The notes under the pieces were generated by a model. It saw nothing but the letters and a program-made list of their open reading frames with translations. It was not told the DNA's origin and ran no database searches. Positions 34,621 through 47,130 of a stretch of DNA of 64,000 bases are shown here, one piece after another (position 1 is the stretch's first letter; each line of letters opens with the position of its first letter). Source of the stretch: Eledone cirrhosa (lineage: Eukaryota); the NCBI GenBank assembly GCA_964016885.1, contig OZ024744.1, positions 133,858,001 through 133,922,000 on the forward strand, in the 5' to 3' direction. A program made the position numbers and the translations under genes.

Positions 34621-37600
34621 GTTAGGGTTAAGTTAAGTTAGGTTTAAGTTAAGTTGGGGTTAAGTTAAGTTGGGGTTAAGTTAATTTGTGGTTAAGTTAA
34701 GTTGGGGTTAAGTTAAGTTGGGGTTAAGTTAAGTTGGGGTTAAGTTAAGTCGGGGTTAAGTTAAGTTGGGTTAAGTTAAGTTGGGGTTAAGTTAAGTTGG
34801 GGTTAAGTTAATTTGTGGTTAAGTTAAGTTGGGGTTAAGTTAAGTTGGGGTTAAGTTAAGTTGGGGTTAAGTTAAGTCGGGGTTAAGTTAAGTTGGGGTT
34901 AAGTTAAGTTGGGGTTGATTTAAGTTGGGGTTGAGTTAAATTGGCGTTGAGTTAAGTTGGGGTTGAGTTAAGTTGGTGTTGAGTTAAGTTGGGGTTAAGT
35001 TAAGTTGGGGTTAAGTTAAGTTGCAGTTAAGTTAAGTTGAGGTTAAGTTAAGGTGGGGTTAAGTTAAGTCGGGGTTAAGTTAAGTTGTGGTTGAGTTAAG
35101 TTGGGGTTAATTTAAGTTGGGGCTAAGTTAATTTGTGGTTAAGTTAAGTTGGGGTTAAGTTAAGTTGGGGTTAAGTTAAGTTGGGTTTGAGTTAAGTTGG
35201 GGTTGAGTTAATTTGGGGTTAAGTTAAGTTGGGGTTAAGTTAAGTTGGGTTTAAGTTAAGTTGGGGTTAAATTAAGTTGGGGTTAAATTAAGTTGGGGTT
35301 AAGTTAAGTTGGGGGTAAGTTAAGTTAGGGGCAAGTTAAGTTGGGGTTAATTTAAGTTGGGGTTAAATTAAGTTGGGGTTACGTTAAGTTGGTGTTAAGT
35401 TAAGTTGGGGTTAATTTAAGTTGGGGTTAATTAAGTTGGGGTTAAGTTAAGTTGGGGTTAAGTTAAGTTGGGGTTAAGTTAAGTTGGGGTTAAGTTAAGT
35501 TGGGGTTAAGTTAAGTTGAGGTTAAGTTAAGTTGGGGTTAAATTAAGTTGGGGGTACGTTAAGTTGGGGTTAAGTTAAGTTGGGGTTAAGTTAAGTTGGG
35601 GTTAAGTTAAGTTGGGGTTAAGTTAAGTTGGGGTTAAGTTAAGTTGGGGTTAAGTTAAGTTGGTGTTAAGTTAAGTTGGGGCTAAGTTAAGTTGGGGCTG
35701 AGTTAAGTTGGGGCTGAGTTAAGTTGGGGTTAAGTTAAGTTGGGGTTGAGTTAAGTTGGGGTTAAGTTAAGTTGGGGTCAAGTTAAGTTGGGGTTAAGTT
35801 GGGGTTAAGTTAAGTTAGGTTTAAGTTAAGTTGGGGTTAAGTTAAGTTGGGGTTAAGTTAAGTTGGGGTTAAGTTAAGTTGGGGTTAAGTTAAGTTGGGG
35901 TTAAGTTAATTTGTGGTTAAGTTAAGTTGGGGTTAAGTTAAGTTGGGGTTAAGTTAAGTTGGGGTTAAGTTAAGTCGGGGTTAAGTTAAGTTGGGGTTAA
36001 GTTAAGTTGGGGTTAATTTAAGTTGGGGTTAAGTTAAGTTGGGGTTAAGTTAAGTTGGGGTTAAGTTAAGTTGGGGTTAAGTTAAGTTGGGGTTAAGTTA
36101 AGTTGAGGTTAAGTTAAGTTGGGGTTAAATTAAGTTGGGGTTAAGTTAAGTTGGGGTTAAGTTAAGTTGGGGTTAAGTTAAGTTAGGGATAAGTTAAGTT
36201 GGGGATAATTTAAGTTGGGGTTAAGTTAAGTTGGGTTTAAGTTAAGTTGGGGATAAGTTAAGTTGAGGATAAGTTAAGTTGGGGTTAAGTTAAGTTGGGG
36301 TTAAGTTAAGTTGGGGTTAAGTTAAGTTGGGGTTAAGTTAAGTTGGGGTTAAGTTAAGTTGGGGCTAAGTTAAGTTGGGACTGAGTTAAGTTGGGGTTAA
36401 GTTAAGTTGGGGTTAAGTTAAGTTGGGGTTAAGTTAAGTTGGAGTTTATTTAAGTTGGGGTTAAGTTAAGTTGGGGTTAAGTTAAGTTGGGGTTAAGTTA
36501 AGTCGGGGTTAAGTTAAGTCGGAGTTAAGTTAAGTTAGGGTTCAGTTAAGTTGGGGTTAAGTTAAGTTGGGGTTGAGTTAAGTTGGGGTTGAGTTAAATT
36601 GGGGTTGAGTTAAGTTGGGGTTGAGTTAAGTTGGTGTTGAGTTAAGTTGGGGTTAAGTTAAGTTGGGGTTAAGTTAATTTGTGGTTAAGTTAAGTTGGGG
36701 TTAAGTTAAGTTGGTGTTAAGTTGGGGTTAAGTTAAGTCGGGGTTAAGTTAAGTTGTGGTTGAGTTAAGTTGGGGTTAATTTAAGTTGGGGCTAAGTTAA
36801 TTTGTGGTTAAGTTAAGTTGGGGTTAAGTTAAGTTGGGGTTAAGTTAAGTTGGGGTTGAGTTAAGTTGGGGTTGAGTTAATTTGGGGTTAAGTTAAGTTG
36901 GAGGTAAGTTAAGTTGGGGGCAAGTTAAGTTGGGGTTAATTTAAGTTGGGGTTAAATTAAGTTGGGGTTCCGTTAAGTTGGTGTTAAGTTAAGTTGGGGT
37001 TAATTTAAGTTGGGGTTAATTAAGTTGGGGTTAAGTTAAGTTGGGGTTAAGTTAAGTTGGGGTTAATTTAAGTTGGGGTTGAGTTAAGTTGGGGTTAAGT
37101 TAAGTTGGGGTTATATTAAGTTGGGACTAAGTTAAGTTGGGGTTCAGTTAAGTTGGGGATAAGTTAAGTTGGGTTTAAGTTAAGTTGGGGTTAAATTAAG
37201 TTGGGGTTAAATTAAGTTGGGGTTAAGTTAAGTTGGGGGTAAGTTAAGTTGGGGGCAAGTTAAGTTGGGGTTAATTTAAGTTGGGGTTAAATTAAGTTGG
37301 GGTTACGTTAAGTTGGTGTTAAGTTAAGTTGGGGTTAATTTAAGTTGGGGTTAATTAAGTTGGGGTTAAGTTAAGTTGGGGTTAAGTTGGGGTTAAGTTA
37401 AGTTGGGGTTAAGTTAAGTTGGGGTTAAGTTAAGTTGAGGTTAAGTTAAGTTGGGGTTAAATTAAGTTGGGGGTACGTTAAGTTGGGGTTAAGTTAAGTT
37501 GGGGTTAAGTTAAGTTGGGGTTAAGTTAAGTTGGGGTTAAGTTAAGTTGGGGTTAAGTTAAGTTGGTGTTAAGTTAAGTTGGGGCTAAGTTAAGTTGGGG

Positions 37601-38966
37601 CTGAGTTAAGTTGGGGCTGAGTTAAGTTGGGGTTAAGTTAAGTTGGGGTTGAGTTAAGTTGGGGTTAAGTTAAGTTGGAGTCAAGTTAAGTTGGGGTTAA
37701 GTTGGGGTTAAGTTAAGTTAGGTTTAAGTTAAGTTGGGGTTAAGTTAAGTTGGGGTTAAGTTAAGTTGGGGTTAAGTTAAGTTGGGGTTAAGTTAAGTTG
37801 GGGTTAAGTTAATTTGTGGTTAAGTTAAGTTGGGGTTAAGTTAAGTTGGGGTTAAGTTAAGTTGGGGTTAAGTTAAGTCGGGGTTAAGTTAAGTTGGGGT
37901 TAAGTTAAGTTGGGGTTAATTTAAGTTGGGGTTAAGTTAAGTTGGGGTTAAGTTAAGTTGGGGTTAAGTTAAGTTGGGGTTAAGTTAAGTTGGGGTTAAG
38001 TTAAGTTGAGGTTAAGTTAAGTTGGGGTTAAATTAAGTTGGGGTTAAGTTAAGTTGGGGTTAAGTTAAGTTGGGGTTAAGTTAAGTTAGGGATAAGTTAA
38101 GTTGGGGATAATTTAAGTTGGGGTTAAGTTAAGTTGGGTTTAAGTTAAGTTGGGGATAAGTTAAGTTGAGGATAAGTTAAGTTGGGGTTAAGTTAAGTTG
38201 GGGTTAAGTTAAGTTGGGGTTAAGTTAAGTTGGGGCTGAGTTAAGTTGGGGTTAAGTTAAGTTGGGGTTAAGTTAAGTTGGGGTTAATTTAAGTTGGGGT
38301 TTATTTAAGTTGGGGTTACGTTAAATTGGTGTTAAGTTAAGTTGGGGTTAATTTAAGTTGGGGTTAATTAAGTTGGGGTTAAGTTAAGTTGGGGTTAAGT
38401 TAAGTTGGGGTTAATTTAAGTTGGGGTTGAGTTAAGTTGGGGTTAAGTTAAGTTGGGGTTATATTAAGTTGGGGTTAAGTTAAGTTGGGGTTCAGTTAAG
38501 TTGGGGATAAGTTAAGTTGGGGTTAAGTTAAGTTGGGGTTAAGTTAAGTTGGGGTTAAGTTAAGTTGGTGTTAAGTTAAGTTGGGGCTAATTTAAGTTGG
38601 GGCTGAGTTAAGTTGGGGCTGAGTTAAGTTGGGGTTAAGTTAAGTTGGGGTCAAGTTAAGTTGGGGTTAAGTTAGGGTTAAGTTAAGTTAGGTTTAAGTT
38701 AAGTTGGGGTTAAGTTAAGTTGGGGTTAAGTTAATTTGTGGTTAAGTTAAGTTGGGGTTAAGTTAAGTTGGGGTTAAGTTAAGTTGGGGTTAAGTTAAGT
38801 CGGGGTTAAGTTAAGTTGGGTTAAGTTAAGTTGGGGTTAAGTTAAGTTGGGGTTAAGTTAATTTGTGGTTAAGTTAAGTTGGGGTTAAGTTAAGTTGGGG
38901 TTAAGTTAAGTTGGGGTTAAGTTAAGTCGGGGTTAAGTTAAGTTGGGGTTAAGTTAAGTTGGGGTT
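30835..38966 (+). repeat. Near-perfect tandem duplication, period 4,050 bp (copy 1 ~30835-34884, copy 2 ~34885-38934)
   Basis: GGGGTTGATT 30861/34911, TTGCAG 30971/35021, GGGACTGAG (A at 32330/36380), TTGGGACTAA 33071/37121 and the 3-G monomer 34768/38818 all give offset 4050. Flanking mismatches are at 30834/34884 and 34917/38967. Confidence 0.92.
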
Positions 38967-41472
38967 AATTTAAGTTGGGGTTAAGTTAAGTTGGGGTTAA
39001 GTTAAGTTGGGGTTAAGTTAAGATGGGGTTAAGTTAAGTTGGGGCTAAGTTAAGTTGAGGTTAAGTTAAGTTGGGGTTAAATTAAGTTGGGGTTAAGTTA
39101 AGTTGGGGTTAAGTTAAGTTGGGGCTAAGTTAAGTTGGGGCTGAGTTAAGTTGGGGTTAAGTTAAGTTGGGGTTAAGTTAAGTTGGGGTTAAGTTAAGTT
39201 GGGGTTTATTTAAGTTGGGGTTAAATTAAGTTGGGGTTCAGTTAAGTTGGGGTTAAGATAAGTTGGGGTTAAGATGGGGTTAAATTAAGTTGGGGTTAAG
39301 TTAAGTTGGGGTTAAGTTAAGTTGGGGTTAAGTTAAGTTGGGGTTAAGTTAAGTCGGGGTTAAGTTAAGTCGGGGTTAAGTTAAGTTAGGGTTCAGTTAA
39401 GTTGGGGTTAAGTTAAGTTGGGGTTGAGTTAAGTTGGGGTTGAGTTAAATTGGGGTTGAGTTAAGTTGGGGTTGAGTTAAGTTGGTTTTGAGTTAAGTTG
39501 GGGTTAAGTTAAGTTGGGGTTAAGTTAAGGTGCGGTTAAGTTAAGTTGGGGTTAAGTTAAGTTGGGGCTAAGTTAAGTTGGGGCTAAGTTAAGTTGGGGC
39601 TAAGTTAAGTTGGGGTTAAGTTAAGTTGGGGTTAAGTTAAGTCGGGGTTAAGTTAAGTTGGGGTTAAGTTAAGTTGAGGTTAATTTAATTTGGGGTTAAG
39701 TTAAGTTGGGGTTAAGTTAAGTTGGGGTTAAGTTAAGTTGAGGTTAAGTTAAGTTGGGGTTAAATTAAGTTGGGGTTAAGTTAAGTTGGGGTTAAGTTAA
39801 GTTGGGGTTAAGTTAAGTTAGGGATAAGTTAAGTTGGGGATAATTTAAGTTGGGGTTAAGTTAAGTTGGGTTTAAGTTAAGTTGGGGATAAGTTAAGTTG
39901 AGGATAAGTTAAGTTGGGGTTAAGTTAAGTTGGGGTTAAGTTAAGTTGGGGTTAAGTTAAGTTGGGGCTGAGTTAAGTTGGGGTTAAGTTAAGTTGGGGT
40001 TAAGTTAAGTTGGGGTTAATTTAAGTTGGGGTTTATTTAAGTTGGGGTTACGTTAAATTGGTGTTAAGTTAAGTTGGGGTTAATTTAAGTTGGGGTTAAT
40101 TAAGTTGGGGTTAAGTTAAGTTGGGGTTAAGTTAAGTTGGGGTTAATTTAAGTTGGGGTTGAGTTAAGTTGGGGTTAAGTTAAGTTGGGGTTATATTAAG
40201 TTGGGGTTAAGTTAAGTTGGGGTTCAGTTAAGTTGGGGATAAGTTAAGTTGGGGTTAAGTTAAGTTGGGGTTAAGTTAAGTTGGGGTTAAGTTAAGTTGG
40301 TGTTAAGTTAAGTTGGGGCTAATTTAAGTTGGGGCTGAGTTAAGTTGGGGCTGAGTTAAGTTGGGGTTAAGTTAAGTTGGGGTCAAGTTAAGTTGGGGTT
40401 AAGTTAGGGTTAAGTTAAGTTAGGTTTAAGTTAAGTTGGGGTTAAGTTAAGTTGGGGTTAAGTTAATTTGTGGTTAAGTTAAGTTGGGGTTAAGTTAAGT
40501 TGGGGTTAAGTTAAGTTGGGGTTAAGTTAAGTCGGGGTTAAGTTAAGTTGGGTTAAGTTAAGTTGGGGTTAAGTTAAGTTGGGGTTAAGTTAATTTGTGG
40601 TTAAGTTAAGTTGGGGTTAAGTTAAGTTGGGGTTAAGTTAAGTTGGGGTTAAGTTAAGTCGGGGTTAAGTTAAGTTGGGGTTAAGTTAAGTTGGGGTTAA
40701 TTTAAGTTGGGGTTAAGTTAAGTTGGGGTTAAGTTAAGTTGGGGTTAAGTTAAGATGGGGTTAAGTTAAGTTGGGGCTAAGTTAAGTTGAGGTTAAGTTA
40801 AGTTGGGGTTAAATTAAGTTGGGGTTAAGTTAAGTTGGGGTTAAGTTAAGTTGGGGCTAAGTTAAGTTGGGGCTGAGTTAAGTTGGGGTTAAGTTAAGTT
40901 GGGGTTAAGTTAAGTTGGGGTTAAGTTAAGTTGGGGTTTATTTAAGTTGGGGTTAAATTAAGTTGGGGTTCAGTTAAGTTGGGGTTAAGATAAGTTGGGG
41001 TTAAGATGGGGTTAAATTAAGTTGGGGTTAAGTTAAGTTGGGGTTAAGTTAAGTTGGGGTTAAGTTAAGTTGGGGTTAAGTTAAGTCGGGGTTAAGTTAA
41101 GTCGGGGTTAAGTTAAGTTAGGGTTCAGTTAAGTTGGGGTTAAGTTAAGTTGGGGTTGAGTTAAGTTGGGGTTGAGTTAAATTGGGGTTGAGTTAAGTTG
41201 GGGTTGAGTTAAGTTGGTTTTGAGTTAAGTTGGGGTTAAGTTAAGTTGGGGTTAAGTTAAGGTGCGGTTAAGTTAAGTTGGGGTTAAGTTAAGTTGGGGC
41301 TAAGTTAAGTTGGGGCTAAGTTAAGTTGGGGCTAAGTTAAGTTGGGGTTAAGTTAAGTTGGGGTTAAGTTAAGTCGGGGTTAAGTTAAGTTGGGGTTAAG
41401 TTAAGTTGAGGTTAATTTAATTTGGGGTTAAGTTAAGTTGGGGTTAAGTTAAGTTGGGGTTAAGTTAAGTTG
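37958..41472 (+). repeat. Near-perfect tandem duplication, period 1,732 bp (copy 1 ~37958-39689, copy 2 ~39690-41421), overlapping the end of the 4,050-bp duplication
   Basis: The A of GAGG 38009/39741, GTTAGGGT 38671/40403, the 3-G monomer 38818/40550 and TGCGG 39531/41263 all give offset 1732. Flanking mismatches are at 37957/39689 and 39741/41473. Confidence 0.9.
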
Positions 41473-44400
41473 GGGTTAAGTTAAGTTGGGTTTAAGTTAA
41501 GTTGGGGTTAAGTTAAGTTGGGGTCAAGTTAAGTTGGGGTTAAGTTAAGTTGGGGTTGAGTTAAGTTGGGGTTAAGTTAAGTTGGGGTTAAGTTAAGTTG
41601 CAGTTAAGTTAAGTTGAGGTTAAGTTAAGGTGGGGTTAAGTTAAGTCGGGGTTAAGTTAAGTTGTGGTTGAGTTAAGTTGGGGTTAATTTAAGTTGGGGC
41701 TAAGTTAATTTGTGGTTAAGTTAAGTTGGGGTTAAGTTAAGTTGGGGTTAAGTTAAGTTGGGTTTGAGTTAAGTTGGGGTTGAGTTAATTTGGGGTTAAG
41801 TTAAGTTGGGGTTAAGTTAAGTTGGGTTTAAGTTAAGTTGGGGTTAAATTAAGTTGGAGTTAAATTAAGTTGGGGTTAAGTTAAGTTGGGGGTAAGTTAA
41901 GTTAGGGGCAATTTAAGTTGGGGTTAATTTAAGTTGGGGTTAAATTAAGTTGGGGTTACGTCAAGTTGGTGTTAAGTTAAGTTGGGGTTAATTTAAGTTG
42001 GGGTTAATTAAGTTGGGGTTAAGTTAAGTTGGGGTTAAGTTAAGTTGGGGTTAAGTTAAGTTGGGGTTAAGTTAAGTTGAGGTTAAGTTAAGTTGGGGTT
42101 AAATTAAGTTGGGGGTACGTTAAGTTGGGGTTAAGTTAAGTTGGGGTTAAGTTAAGTTGGGGTTAAGTTAAGTTGGGGTTAAGTTAAGTTGGGGTTAAGT
42201 TAAGTTGGTGTTAAGTTAAGTTGGGGCTAAGTTAAGTTGGGGCTGAGTTAAGTTGGGGCTGAGTTAAGTTGGGGTTGAGTTAATTTGGGGTTAAGTTAAG
42301 TTGGGGTTAAATTAAGTTGGGGTTAAATTAAGTTGGGGTTAAGTTACGTTGGGGGTAAGTTAATTTGGGGGCAAGTTAAGTTGGGGTTAATTTAAGTTGG
42401 GGTTAAATTAAGTTGGGGTTACGTTAAGTTGGTGTTAAGTTAAGTTGGGGTTAATTTAAGTTGGGGTTAATTAAGTTGGGGTTAAGTTAAGTTGGGGTTA
42501 AGTTAAGTTGGGGTTAATTTAAGTTGGGGTTGAGTTAAGTTGGGGTTAAGTTAAGTTGGGGTTATATTAAGTTGGGGTTAAGTTAAGTTGGGGTTAAGTT
42601 AAGTTGGGGTTAAGTTAAGGTGGGGTTAAGTTAAGTTGGTGTTAAGTTAAGTTGGGGCTAAGTTAAGTTGGGGCTGAGTTAAGTTGGGGCTGAGTTAAGT
42701 TGGGGTTAAGTTAAGTTGGGGTTGAGTTAAGTTGGGGTTAAGTTAAGTTGGGGTCAAGTTAAGTTGGGGTTAAGTTGGGGTTAAGTTAAGTTGGGGTTAA
42801 GTTAAGTTGGGGTTAAGTTAAGTCGGGGTTAAGTTAAGTTGGGGTTAAGTTAAGTTGGGGTTAATTTAAGTTGGGGTTAAGTTAAGTTGGGGTTAAATTA
42901 AGTTGGGGTTAAGTTAAGATGGGGTTAAGTTAAGTTGGGGTTAAGTTAAGTTGAGGTTAAGTTAAGTTGGGGTTAAATTAAGTTGGGGTTAAGTTAAGTT
43001 GGGGTTAAGTTAAGTTGGGGTTAAGTTAAGTTGGGGATAAGTTAAGTTGGGGATAATTTAAGTTGGGGTTAAGTTAAGTTGGGGTTGAGTTAAGTTGGGG
43101 TTGAGTTAAATTGGGGTTGAGTTAAGTTGGGGTTGAGTTAAGTTGGTTTTGAGTTAAGTTGGGGTTAAGTTAAGTTGGGGTTAAGTTAAGGTGCGGTTAA
43201 GTTAAGTTGGGGTTAAGTTAAGTTGGGGCTAAGTTAAGTTGGGGCTAAGTTAAGTTGGGGCTAAGTTAAGTTGGGGTTAAGTTAAGTTGGGGTTAAGTTA
43301 AGTCGGGGTTAAGTTAAGTTGGGGTTAAGTTAAGTTGAGGTTAATTTAATTTGGGGTTAAGTTAAGTTGGGGTTAAGTTAAGTTGGGGTTAAGTTAAGTT
43401 GGGGTTAAGTTAAGTTGGGTTTAAGTTAAGTTGGGGTTAAGTTAAGTTGGGGTCAAGTTAAGTTGGGGTTAAGTTAAGTTGGGGTTGAGTTAAGTTGGGG
43501 TTGAGTTAAATTGACGTTGAGTTAAGTTGGGGTTGAGTTAAGTTGGTGTTGAGTTAAGTTGGGGTTAAGTTAAGTTGGGGTTAAGTTAAGTTGCAGTTAA
43601 GTTAAGTTGAGGTTAAGTTAAGGTGGGGTTAAGTTAAGTCGGGGTTAAGTTAAGTTGTGGTTGAGTTAAGTTGGGGTTAATTTAAGTTGGGGCTAAGTTA
43701 ATTTGTGGTTAAGTTAAGTTGGGGTTAAGTTAAGTTGGGGTTAAGTTAAGTTGGGTTTGAGTTAAGTTGGGGTTGAGTTAATTTGGGGTTAAGTTAAGTT
43801 GGGGTTAAGTTAAGTTGGGTTTAAGTTAAGTTGGGGTTAAATTAAGTTGGAGTTAAATTAAGTTGGGGTTAAGTTAAGTTGGGGGTAAGTTAAGTTAGGG
43901 GCAAGTTAAGTTGGGGTTAATTTAAGTTGGGGTTAAATTAAGTTGGGGTTACGTTAAGTTGGTGTTAAGTTAAGTTGGGGTTAATTTAAGTTGGGGTTAA
44001 TTAAGTTGGGGTTAAGTTAAGTTGGGGTTAAGTTAAGTTGGGGTTAAGTTAAGTTGGGGTTAAGTTAAGTTGGGGTTAAGTTAAGTTGAGGTTAAGTTAA
44101 GTTGGGGTTAAATTAAGTTGGGGGTACGTTAAGTTGGGGTTAAGTTAAGTTGGGGTTAAGTTAAGTTGGGGTTAAGTTAAGTTGGGGTTAAGTTAAGTTG
44201 GGGTTAAGTTAAGTTGGGGTTAAGTTAAGTTGGGGTTGAGTTAAGTTGGGGTTAAGTTAAGTTGGTGTTAAGTTAAGTTGGGGCTAAGTTAAGTTGGGGC
44301 TGAGTTAAGTTGGGGCTGAGTTAAGTTGGGGTTGAGTTAATTTGGGGTTAAGTTAAGTTGGGGTTAAATTAAGTTGGGGTTAAATTAAGTTGGGGTTAAG

Positions 44401-44610
44401 TTACGTTGGGGGTAAGTTAATTTGGGGGCAAGTTAAGTTGGGGTTAATTTAAGTTGGGGTTAAATTAAGTTGGGGTTACGTTAAGTTGGTGTTAAGTTAA
44501 GTTGGGGTTAATTTAAGTTGGGGTTAATTAAGTTGGGGTTAAGTTAAGTTGGGGTTAAGTTAAGTTGGGGTTAATTTAAGTTGGGGTTGAGTTAAGTTGG
44601 GGTTAAGTTA
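41140..44610 (+). repeat. Imperfect tandem duplication, period ~1.93-2.06 kb
   Basis: GTGCGG 41262/43191 (offset 1929) and TTACGTTGGGGGT 42344/44401 (offset 2057). The 128-bp difference is 8 whole monomers (about 64+16+48 bp of indels). Boundaries are approximate. Confidence 0.7.
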
Positions 44611-47130
44611 AGTTGAGGTTAAGTTAAGTTGGGGTTAAATTAAGTTGGGGGTACGTTAAGTTGGGGTTAAGTTAAGTTGGGGTTAAGTTAAGTTGGGGTT
44701 AAGTTAAGTTGGGGTTAAGTTAAGTTGGGGTTAAGTTAAGTTGGTGTTAAGTTAAGTTGGGGTTAAGTTAAGTTGGGGTTGAGTTAAGTTGGGGTTAAGT
44801 TAAGTTGGGGTCAAGTTAAGTTGGGGTTAAGTTGGGGTTAAGTTAAGTTGGGGTTAAGTTAAGTTGGGGTTAAGTTAAGTCGGGGTTAAGTTAAGTTGGG
44901 GTTAAGTTAAGTTGGGGTTAATTTAAGTTGGGGTTAAGTTAAGTTGGGGTTAAATTAAGTTGGGGTTAAGTTAAGATGGGGTTAAGTTAAGTTGGGGTTA
45001 AGTTAAGTTGAGGTTAAGTTAAGTTGGGGTTAAATTAAGTTGGGGTTAAGTTAAGTTGGGGTTAAGTTAAGTTGGGGTTAAGTTAAGTTGGGGATAAGTT
45101 AAGTTGGGGATAATTTAAGTTGGGGTTAAGTTAAGTTGGGTTTAAGTTAAGTTGGGGCTAAGTTAAGTTGGGGTTAAGTTAAGTTGGGGTTAAGTTAAGT
45201 TGGGGTTAAGTTAAGTTGGGGTTAAGTTAAGTTGGGGCTAAGTTAAGTTGGGGCTGAGTTAAGTTGGGGTTAAGTTAAGTTGGGGTTAAGTTAAGTTGGG
45301 GTTAAGTTAAGTTGGGGTTTATTTAAGTTGGGGTTAAGTTAAGTTGGGGTTCAGTTAAGTTGGGGTTAAGTTAAGTTGGGGTTAAGATGGGGTTAAATTA
45401 AGTTGGGGTTAAGTTAAGTTGGGGTTAAGTTAAGTTGGGGTTAAGTTAAGTTGGGGTTAAGTTAAGTCGGGGTTAAGTTAAGTCGGGGTTAAGTTAAGTT
45501 GGGGTTAATTTAAGTTGGGGTTAAGTTAAGTTGGGGTCAAGTTAAGTTGGGGTTAAGTTGGGGTTAAGTTAAGTTAGGTTTAAGTTAAGTTGGGGTTAAG
45601 TTAAGTTGGGGTTAAGTTAAGTTGGGGTTAAGTTAAGTTGGGGTTAAGTTAAGTTGGGGTTAAGTTAAGATGGGGTTAAGTTAAGTTGGGGCTAAGTTAA
45701 GTTGAGGTTAAGTTAAGTTGGGGTTAAATTAAGTTGGGGTTAAGTTAAGTTGGGGTTAAGTTAAGTTGGGGCTAAGTTAAGTTGGGGCTGAGTTAAGTTG
45801 GGGTTAAGTTAAGTTGGGATTAAGTTAAGTTGGGGTTAAGTTAAGTTGGGGTTTATTTAAGTTGGGGTTAAATTAAGTTGGGGTTCAGTTAAGTTGGGGT
45901 TAAGATAAGTTGGGGTTAAGATGGGGTTAAATTAAGTTGGGGTTAAGTTAAGTTGGGGTTAAGTTAAGTTGGGGTTAAGTTAAGTTGGGGTTAAGTTAAG
46001 TCGGGGTTAAGTTAAGTCGGGGTTAAGTTAAGTTAGGGTTCAGTTAAGTTGGGGTTAAGTTAAGTTGGGGTTGAGTTAAGTTGGGGTTGAGTTAAATTGG
46101 GGTTGAGTTAAGTTGGGGTTGAGTTAAGTTGGTTTTGAGTTAAGTTGGGGTTAAGTTAAGGTGCGGTTAAGTTAAGTTGGGGTTAAGTTAAGATGGGGCT
46201 AAGTTAAGTTGGGGCTAAGTTAAGTTGGGGCTAAGTTAAGTTGGGTTTAAGTTAAGTTGGGGTTAAGTAAAGTCGGGGTTAAGTTAAGTTGGGGTTAAGT
46301 TAAGTTGAGGTTAATTTAATTTGGGGTTAAGTTAAGTTGGGGTTAAGTTAAGTTGGGGTTAAGTTAAGTTGGGGTTAAGTTAAGTTGGGTTTAAGTTAAG
46401 TTGGGGTTAAGTTAAGTTGGGGTCAAGTTAAGTTGGGGTTAAGTTAAGTTGGGGTTGATTTAAGTTGGGGTTGAGTTAAATTGGCGTTGAGTTAAGTTGG
46501 GGTTGAGTTAAGTTGGTGTTGAGTTAAGTTGGGGTTAAGTTAAGTTGGGGTTAAGTTAAGTTGCAGTTAAGTTAAGTTGAGGTTAAGTTAAGGTGGGGTT
46601 AAGTTAAGTCGGGGTTAAGTTAAGTTGTGGTTGAGTTAAGTTGGGGTTAATTTAAGTTGGGGCTAAGTTAATTTGTGGTTAAGTTAAGTTGGGGTTAAGT
46701 TAAGTTGGGGTTAAGTTAAGTTGGGTTTGAGTTAAGTTGGGGTTGAGTTAATTTGGGGTTAAGTTAAGTTGGGGTTAAGTTAAGTTGGGTTTAAGTTAAG
46801 TTGGGGTTAAATTAAGTTGGGGTTAAATTAAGTTGGGGTTAAGTTAAGTTGGGGGTAAGTTAAGTTAGGGGCAAGTTAAGTTGGGGTTAATTTAAGTTGG
46901 GGTTAAATTAAGTTGGGGTTACGTTAAGTTGGTGTTAAGTTAAGTTGGGGTTAATTTAAGTTGGGGTTAATTAAGTTGGGGTTAAGTTAAGTTGGGGTTA
47001 AGTTAAGTTGGGGTTAAGTTAAGTTGGGGTTAAGTTAAGTTGGGGTTAAGTTAAGTTGAGGTTAAGTTAAGTTGGGGTTAAATTAAGTTGGGGGTACGTT
47101 AAGTTGGGGTTAAGTTAAGTTGGGGTTAAG

